Shown: in pieces, positions 57,671 to 64,000 of the stretch | Numbering within the stretch: the stretch's first letter is position 1 | Layout of the letters: the number at the start of each line of letters is the position of its first letter | Assembly: GCA_963664875.1 (NCBI GenBank) | Contig: OY761611.1 | Coordinates: 1,856,001-1,920,000 of the forward strand | Direction: 5' to 3' | DNA length: 64,000 nucleotides | Source: Candidatus Kapaibacterium sp. | Lineage (GTDB): Bacteria; Bacteroidota; Ignavibacteria; Kapaibacteriales; UBA2268 | Notes under the pieces: model-generated | What the model saw: the letters and a program-made list of their open reading frames with translations, nothing else | What the model was told of the DNA's origin: nothing | Databases searched by the model: none | Made by a program: the position numbers and the translations under genes

Positions 57671-58216
57671 TTAAGGTTTCCAGATTATATCTTCTCTGCC
57701 GTCGGTTTTGTTAGCATATCTTGCAGCAACAAACAAGAAGTCAGACAGTCTGTTGAGATATTTAACCACAAAATCCCCCAGATTTTCCACTTCTCCAAGC
57801 TCTGTAGCCAAACGCTCAGCACGGCGGCATACTGTCCTTGCCTGATGCAAAAAAGAAGCAGAATGTGAGCCTCCCGGCAAAATAAAGTATTTCAATTTTG
57901 GGAGCTCAGAGTCAAACTTATCTATGAGATTCTCCAATTCTTCAATGTGCTCCGCTCCTATGCGCGGCACTTCAAACTTTGGTTTAGGCTCAAGAGGCGT
58001 AGCGAGGTCAGAACCAAGATTAAAAAGATTGAGACTAAGTTTTTGCAATATCTCAGAAAAATTTTTATTGTTGCAAAACGACAAAGCAATACCAATAATT
58101 GAATTCAATTCGTCCACAGTGCCATATAGATTGACACGGGCGTTATGTTTTTTTACGCGGCTTCCGTTAAATAAGCTTGTTTCGCCTGCGTCTCCGGTTT
58201 TAGTATATATTTTCAT
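57671..58216 (-). CDS. ATP:cob(I)alamin adenosyltransferase (PduO type)
   Basis: MKIYTKTGDAGET, YGTVDELNS, FILPGG, RTVCRRAER, YLNRLSDFLF. Confidence 0.95.
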   Translation of the reverse strand: MKIYTKTGDAGETSLFNGSRVKKHNARVNLYGTVDELNSIIGIALSFCNNKNFSEILQKLSLNLFNLGSDLATPLEPKPKFEVPRIGAEHIEELENLIDKFDSELPKLKYFILPGGSHSASFLHQARTVCRRAERLATELGEVENLGDFVVKYLNRLSDFLFVAARYANKTDGREDIIWKP

Positions 58217-58304
58217 TTTTTATAATAAAATTATTGAATAAGGTTTCAGAACGTTTCCTAATTTAGTAAATTGCAAAGTATTCTAAATAAGTATTGGAAA
58301 AAAA

Positions 58305-59126
58305 ATGTCCGAAAAAATTAGCATTCTTTTTATTGGTGATGTAGTGGGCGACCCAGGCATCAACTCATGCAAAGAATTTATACCTCAACTAAAAGAAAAA
58401 TATAAACCTGACTTTATCATAATTAACGGTGAAAACTCAGCCGGCGGAAAAGGACTTACCAAAACAGAAGCCGATATTTTTTTTGAACTCGGAGCAGATG
58501 TATTGACCACAGGCAATCATGTTTGGGATAACTGGGGCGGCAAACCTCTTTTGTCTTCAAACAATAATGTATTGCGTCCATTAAACTATCCTCCCGGCAA
58601 TGTGGGCAGAGGGTTTACTATTATCGAAAAAGAAGGTAAAAAGCTCGCTGTGCTTCAGCTGCAAGGCAGGACATTTATGAATTCGATAGATTGTCCTTTC
58701 AGAGCAGCAGATGCTGCTTTGAAAACAATCAGTGAGCAAACTAAAAATATTTTTGTTGATTTCCATGCCGATGCTACTGCTGAAAAAATGTCTATGGGCT
58801 GGCATCTGGACGGAAAAGTTTCTGCTATGTGCGGCACTCACACCCATATACAGACTGCCGACGCAAACATACTCCCCAACGGAACAGCTTACATTACAGA
58901 TGTGGGCATGACCGGACCTTATGATTCGGTGGTGGGCATGGATAAAGAAATTGCTTACAAACGCTTCCGTTTTCAGGTAGCCCATAAATATAAATTAGCA
59001 GAAAACGACTCAAAAATTTGCGGTGTAAATATTGTCATAGACAATGAAACAGGCCAAGCTGAAAAAATCGAACCTTTCACTTTGCCAAAGTTCATTCGCT
59101 CTATATATGAGCAGTTAGAAGTATAG
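58305..59126 (+). CDS. YmdB-like metallophosphoesterase (TIGR00282)
   Basis: IGDVVG, NGENSAGG, TGNH, DFHA, GTHTH, DVGMTGP. Confidence 0.93.
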   Translation: MSEKISILFIGDVVGDPGINSCKEFIPQLKEKYKPDFIIINGENSAGGKGLTKTEADIFFELGADVLTTGNHVWDNWGGKPLLSSNNNVLRPLNYPPGNVGRGFTIIEKEGKKLAVLQLQGRTFMNSIDCPFRAADAALKTISEQTKNIFVDFHADATAEKMSMGWHLDGKVSAMCGTHTHIQTADANILPNGTAYITDVGMTGPYDSVVGMDKEIAYKRFRFQVAHKYKLAENDSKICGVNIVIDNETGQAEKIEPFTLPKFIRSIYEQLEV

Positions 59127-59338
59127 CAGATAATTGTTCATATTTTCGCACCGACTATTTGGCTTAACTTTCTATGCCATTTTGGTGCTAAGTATGCTAA
59201 ACTCCCCAGAGTTTAAAATATGTAGTAATACAGTGTTTATTCTAACAAGGTTATTCTTTGTTTCCTACAATTAAACGAGGGATATTTCTTCTTTCAAGTA
59301 TCTATCAGGCACATTGATCATATAAAATATAAGAGTAG

Positions 59339-60733
59339 ATGATTATGATAAAATTCGGTACAGATGGATGGCGCGGTTTAATTGCCCGCGACTTTACTTT
59401 CGAAAATATTCGCTTTGTTGCTTTGGCTACTGCACGCTATATGCAAAAAAACAGCATGAAAAAGCTTATGATTGGTTACGACACCCGCTTCCTTGGCAAA
59501 GACTTTACTGCCGAAACAGCTATGGTCTTGGCTGAAAACGGCATAGAAGTGCTAATGAGCGAAAAGTTTGCAGCTACTCCGCAGCTTTCTTTCCAAACTC
59601 TGAAAATGGGTTGCGATTTGGGCGTTGTGATTACAGCAAGCCACAACCCAGCGGAATACAACGGATATAAATTAAAAGCTGCTTTCGGCGGTCCGGCTAC
59701 TCCTGAGCAGGTTAAAGAATTGGAAGCAGAACTAAAATCAATATTAGAAGAAAAACCTGAAATACCTTTAAAACCATTTCAAGAATACGTGAATGCCGGC
59801 TCAATCCAATTGATTGATGTCCAGTCTTCTTATCTCGAACATGTCAAATCTAATATTGATTTAGAAGCAATACGAAAAGGTGGCTTTAAAATCCTTTTTG
59901 ACCCAATGCACGGTGCCGGAATAGGAGTACTCAACGAAATATTGCCGGATATCGATCAGGTAAATTCTGATTTGAATCCCGGCTTCGGCAATGTTGACCA
60001 CCCTGAGCCAATCGGCGAATGTTTGAGCGAAACTATGCAGAAAGTAAAGGATGGCCCTTATACAATTGGATTCGCTACAGACGGAGATGCGGACAGACTT
60101 GGAGCTATTGACGAGGATGGTAACTTTGTAGATTCTCACAGAGTATTTATGATTCTAATGAGATATCTTTACGAGCAAAAAGGTCTTCGCGGCGAAGTAG
60201 TTAAAACTGTATCGCTTACTAATATGGTAAATATATACTGCGAAGAAAAAGGAATCACATTACATGAAACACCTGTCGGCTTTAAATACACTGCTGAGCT
60301 TATGGCACAAGGCAAAGTCCTTATTGGTGGCGAAGAGTCAGGCGGTCTTGGTACGAAGCTCCATATCCCGGAAAGAGATGGTGTCTTCAATGGTTTATTG
60401 TTACTGGAAGTAATGGCTAAACGGAATATGACGCTAAAAGAGCTATGCGAAGAGCTTGATAATGATTTTGGCATACATCGCTACGCTCGTCGCGACGTAA
60501 AAGTTACTCAGGAAGTAAAAGACAGAGTGCTTACATCTGCTAAAAATGCTCCGAAAACTCTTGCCGGCTACGAAGTGAAAAGCATTAACACAAAAGACGG
60601 ATTCAAATTTATAGTTGATGGTGGCTGGTTGCTAATTAGAGCTTCCGGAACGGAACCTCTTCTACGCTTCTACTCAGAAGCAAAATCTATTGATATGGTC
60701 AATGAGCTATTGGATGCAGGATTGAATTTGTAA
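59339..60733 (+). CDS. Phosphoglucomutase/phosphomannomutase
   Basis: FGTDGWRG, TASHNP, DGDADR, GEESGG, RASGTEP. Confidence 0.95.
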   Translation: MIMIKFGTDGWRGLIARDFTFENIRFVALATARYMQKNSMKKLMIGYDTRFLGKDFTAETAMVLAENGIEVLMSEKFAATPQLSFQTLKMGCDLGVVITASHNPAEYNGYKLKAAFGGPATPEQVKELEAELKSILEEKPEIPLKPFQEYVNAGSIQLIDVQSSYLEHVKSNIDLEAIRKGGFKILFDPMHGAGIGVLNEILPDIDQVNSDLNPGFGNVDHPEPIGECLSETMQKVKDGPYTIGFATDGDADRLGAIDEDGNFVDSHRVFMILMRYLYEQKGLRGEVVKTVSLTNMVNIYCEEKGITLHETPVGFKYTAELMAQGKVLIGGEESGGLGTKLHIPERDGVFNGLLLLEVMAKRNMTLKELCEELDNDFGIHRYARRDVKVTQEVKDRVLTSAKNAPKTLAGYEVKSINTKDGFKFIVDGGWLLIRASGTEPLLRFYSEAKSIDMVNELLDAGLNL

Positions 60734-60754
60734 TATGCTTCTAAACACAGATCG

Positions 60755-60794
60755 AAAAACAGAGCATATTTTCGGATATGCTCTGTTTTTTTTT
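60755..60794. terminator. Bidirectional terminator
   Basis: AAAAACAGAGCATAT-tttcgg-ATATGCTCTGTTTTTTTTT. Confidence 0.85.
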
Positions 60795-60966
60795 GATTTG
60801 CCATTAGTAAAATATAAACTGATAACTATCTATTGGTTGCTAAGAAACTGATGCCCTAACATTCAGACATTATAAAGGTTTAGCCGGACTTCCTATTATT
60901 TAATTACTAAACCTTATCTTTCGTTCGACTGAAAAAAAACAAACAGCGGTTCGATCCTAATGCCGC

Positions 60967-62175
60967 CTAAGCAACAATTCTTATAGAATCGTATTTGACA
61001 TAGACATTGCCGATAATTGGATCTTCCACTGTCATATTTAGAATTTTTTCTAAAAGTACATTATCCAATCTCGCTCCGGCAGAAACTATTTTGATACCTG
61101 ATTCGGTATAGATATTTCGAGTTATCACCATTCCCTGTTTCAAATCTTTCAATTTGATTGGGCTTTCCCTTTTGTCTCGGCTGTCTTTAGTTTTATATGC
61201 AAAATACTGATCGAAAAGTACCAACAATTTAAAATCATATAATCGGCGGGCTTCTTTTTCCAAAAGCTCAATTACTTTAATGTGCGGTTTTCCTGTTTTC
61301 ATCATTTCTTCGTAATCAAGCACAATTCTTAATATTCTCGCACCCAAAGGAATCTCCCAAGCTTTTTTGCCGGCGGGCATTCCTGTTCCGTCATAGTTTT
61401 CATAAATAGACGAGACAATATCTGTGGTCTCGGAAAAAATGGAAATGCTGCCAAGTATTTTAGCTACGTTTTCAGGAATAAGTTTCGCTTTGTCTCCATT
61501 TGGCATACCGTCTTTCATTGCCGGCATGTTCATATCTTTGGGGTCAAGCAACAAACGCCCTACCATAGAGACAGATGCCGCTTTAGCAATTTTTGCTGCT
61601 TCCTGCTCAGTCAATTTATTTGCTTGATTTGCTATCCAAACTGTAGATTCTGCAATCCTAAACATAGTTCCGTCATCATAACCAAGAAGCTGTTTCTGCT
61701 GATTATTCAGAAAGTTCACAAAACCTGATTCCAGCTCACCTGCAACTTTTTCAAGTTCATTTTGTTGAGCTTTCATTTTTATTTCTAAGCTAACTGTGTT
61801 GATAGCAATTCGGAGTTTACCTATTAAATAGTCCATACTTAGAGGTTTTACAAGGAAATCATTTGCCCCGCTCTGCAGCACCTTTAGGTTAATATCAGGG
61901 GTCTGTGCAGACGTCATAACCAAAGCATAACTATTCTGCAACTGCTCAAGTTTTTTATAATTTTTTATAATTTGAATTGCCCCTATTCTCGGAAGATTAG
62001 CATCGATAATGGCAACAAACATCCTTGTTTCTTTTTGCATCGCTTCCCACAAATCTTCCCCATCCGTAAACTTACGTATCGGAGAACTTGGGAATGCCTT
62101 TCCTATAATACCTGAAAGAGTATTTATTATACTCGCATTCTCGTCTGCTATATAAAATGGAATAGTAGATTGCAT
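60967..62175 (-). CDS. Response regulator with degenerate HD-GYP output domain
   Basis: Receiver IIDANLP...GANDFLVKP; YENYDGTGMP..EIPLGARIL; C-terminal LKQGMVITRNIY tail. Confidence 0.8.
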   Translation of the reverse strand: MQSTIPFYIADENASIINTLSGIIGKAFPSSPIRKFTDGEDLWEAMQKETRMFVAIIDANLPRIGAIQIIKNYKKLEQLQNSYALVMTSAQTPDINLKVLQSGANDFLVKPLSMDYLIGKLRIAINTVSLEIKMKAQQNELEKVAGELESGFVNFLNNQQKQLLGYDDGTMFRIAESTVWIANQANKLTEQEAAKIAKAASVSMVGRLLLDPKDMNMPAMKDGMPNGDKAKLIPENVAKILGSISIFSETTDIVSSIYENYDGTGMPAGKKAWEIPLGARILRIVLDYEEMMKTGKPHIKVIELLEKEARRLYDFKLLVLFDQYFAYKTKDSRDKRESPIKLKDLKQGMVITRNIYTESGIKIVSAGARLDNVLLEKILNMTVEDPIIGNVYVKYDSIRIVA

Positions 62176-62411
62176 TTCTTTTTTATAACTGTAAAACTGA
62201 CATATTTTGTGAACAACAATATAACTAAATAGAATAATTATTCCATTAGTAAAAATATCATTCTAGCTCTAATATCGTCTAAAACCGCTCTATACTTTAC
62301 TTTTAAAGACGAGTTGTTGAAAACTTTTATTTTCATTCTTGCTTCGCTACTATTGTGAATATTTGTAATTGCAGTATCACTAATACAACATAATTCCTGA
62401 TTTGTACCAAT

Positions 62412-62441
62412 AAAAAAATCCCGCAATTATTACGGGATTTT
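62412..62441 (-). terminator. Terminator after manC
   Basis: AAAATCCCG-caattatta-CGGGATTTT hairpin flanked by A/T tracts. Confidence 0.7.
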
Positions 62442-62480
62442 GTATTTTTGTTAAAATCACTTAAGTAAGTGCAGGTAGGA

Positions 62481-63602
62481 TTAAAGCCACTCTTCTCCGT
62501 ACTCATCTCTGATTTTTTCTACCTGTTTTTTGACATCCTGCACTCTATCCTTAGGGCAAATCATTAAAGCATCGCCGGTATCGACTACAACAATGTTGTC
62601 AAGCCCCATAATAGATATAATTTTATTATCGCCACTTTCATTCAATATAATAGAATCTTTAGTATCGATTAAAGATACTTTCCCGATACAAATATTATTG
62701 CTCTCGTCTGATTCATGTGTCCTGTGGAGACTATCCCATGAGCCAATGTCGTCCCAGCTGAAATCAGCTTTCGCTACGGAAACGCTGTCGGCTTTTTCCA
62801 TCAAACCAAAATCAATCGAAATGCTTGGGAATGCAGCAAACAAGGATTCAAGATTCCCTAATAAAGCATCATGAAATCGGGTTGTATGATGATTGAGTCT
62901 TGACTGCATATCAAGTATTTTGCTTCCTACTTCAGGCAAATGTTTTTCAAGCTGAGCATTAAAGTAGTCTAATCTCCAAAAGAACATTCCGCTATTCCAT
63001 AGGAAATTGCGGGCTTCTAAAAACTCCTGTGCTGTCTGTAGATTTGGTTTCTCGCGAAAGCGCTTCACATTCCGGATTTGGTTTGGCTGCAATGCCTCAC
63101 CCTCATACTCTATATAGCCATACCCTGTTTCCGGTCTGCTCGGAGTGATTCCTATGGTGCAAATTGTATCATTTTGCTCTACATATTCCATAGATGTTCT
63201 TACAGTATTGATAAACCCATCAGTAGGATAAATTCTCTGATCTGCTGTCAGCACAGCCACAGAGATTTTGTCAGGGGTAATACCTTCGTCATCGTAGCGA
63301 GCTGCAATAAAGGACGAAGCTAAAGCAAGACACGGAGCAGTATTCCGTTTCGCTGGTTCTGCCACTATGTTTTCAGGAGGCAAATCCGGCAAAGCGTTCC
63401 TCAAAGGTTCCAAAAGCATATAGCTTGTGATAATAAAAATGTCTTGAGCTGGTATCAAATCCCTGATTCTATCTATTGACTCCTGAATCATACTCTTATC
63501 TTTAGAGTTCAGATTCAACAGCTGCTTAGGTTTTCTTTTTCTGGAGAGTGGCCAAAATCTTTCACCTGTGCCACCTGCCATAATAACTGCTACTCTTTTC
63601 AT
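62481..63602 (-). CDS. manC: Mannose-1-phosphate guanylyltransferase
   Basis: IMAGGTGERFWPLSR..PKQ, EPAKRNTAP, PETGYGYI, FREKP, WNSGMF, WDDIGSW. Confidence 0.93.
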   Translation of the reverse strand: MKRVAVIMAGGTGERFWPLSRKRKPKQLLNLNSKDKSMIQESIDRIRDLIPAQDIFIITSYMLLEPLRNALPDLPPENIVAEPAKRNTAPCLALASSFIAARYDDEGITPDKISVAVLTADQRIYPTDGFINTVRTSMEYVEQNDTICTIGITPSRPETGYGYIEYEGEALQPNQIRNVKRFREKPNLQTAQEFLEARNFLWNSGMFFWRLDYFNAQLEKHLPEVGSKILDMQSRLNHHTTRFHDALLGNLESLFAAFPSISIDFGLMEKADSVSVAKADFSWDDIGSWDSLHRTHESDESNNICIGKVSLIDTKDSIILNESGDNKIISIMGLDNIVVVDTGDALMICPKDRVQDVKKQVEKIRDEYGEEWL

Positions 63603-63639
63603 AAAATATCCGTTGTATTATAAGTCCATCCGGTATAAT

Positions 63640-64000
63640 CTATACCAAATCATATTCTGTAATTTTTCTATAAAGCGTTCTTTCGCTAATACCTAATTCT
63701 TTAGCAGCATTTCTTCTGTTGCCATGGTTGCGTGCTAAAGCCTTTTCTATCATTATTTTTTCTATTTCGTTTATAGTCTTGCTTTCCAGCTCCCCTGTGT
63801 AGTCATCCATTTGTGCTACGGGTTCTTCGAATCTATAAACAAATTCAGGTTCTTTTTCTTTAAGAACTGCAATTTCGTCATATATACCGGCTATAGATCT
63901 TTTAATATCCAAAACTTCAGACTTAATTTCAAGCAGAGTTCTAAATATTAAGCCAAGCTCTAAACTTGGAGTTTCGGGTTGCTCTTTTTCTACACGCACC
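63640..64000 (-). CDS. C-terminal Fis-type HTH, probably of a sigma54-dependent regulator (truncated by window edge)
   Basis: EIEKIMIEKALARNHGNRRNAAKELGISERTLYRKI. Confidence 0.8.
   Translation of the reverse strand, partial: VRVEKEQPETPSLELGLIFRTLLEIKSEVLDIKRSIAGIYDEIAVLKEKEPEFVYRFEEPVAQMDDYTGELESKTINEIEKIMIEKALARNHGNRRNAAKELGISERTLYRKITEYDLV

Noticed and set aside
60946-60966. tRNA-like GGTTCGATCC
   Set aside because: No acceptor, D or anticodon arms around it
62238-62426. 62-aa ORF between manC and the response regulator
   Set aside because: Begins within a terminator hairpin, with no SD or recognisable motif

Overview
AT-rich bacterial chromosomal window, most likely from the Bacteroidota-Chlorobi-Ignavibacteria-Kapabacteria group. 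This is inferred from a T9SS C-terminal sorting domain, a TonB receptor plus DUF4249 pair and a fused E1 alpha/beta gene, together with clear Shine-Dalgarno sites. Most of the window is housekeeping: dnaK, ktrB/ktrA, holB, dnaA with a long upstream intergenic region, rmuC, plsY, purK, cdsA, rfbD, ribD, ppk2, menF/menD, pdxH and manC. The accessory block at about 41.2-52.0 kb stands out. It holds a DpnI/DpnD-type methyl-directed restriction cassette beside three tandem secreted VIT+vWA genes. Two of these form a ~3 kb duplication with their own putative promoter and terminator, about 96% identical as proteins except for one sharply bounded ~175-aa segment that is largely replaced. The third copy carries what looks like a degenerate TonB plug domain in that slot. 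Other leads are a VTC-DUF4956-DUF2490 putative polyphosphate synthesis/export operon, a structured RNA candidate before dCMP deaminase, paired ECF-type promoters, a REP/MITE-like composite at 56.4-56.8 kb and a degenerate HD-GYP response regulator. I saw no rRNA, tRNA, CRISPR array, reverse transcriptase or intact transposase. All calls were made by eye, with no database searches.
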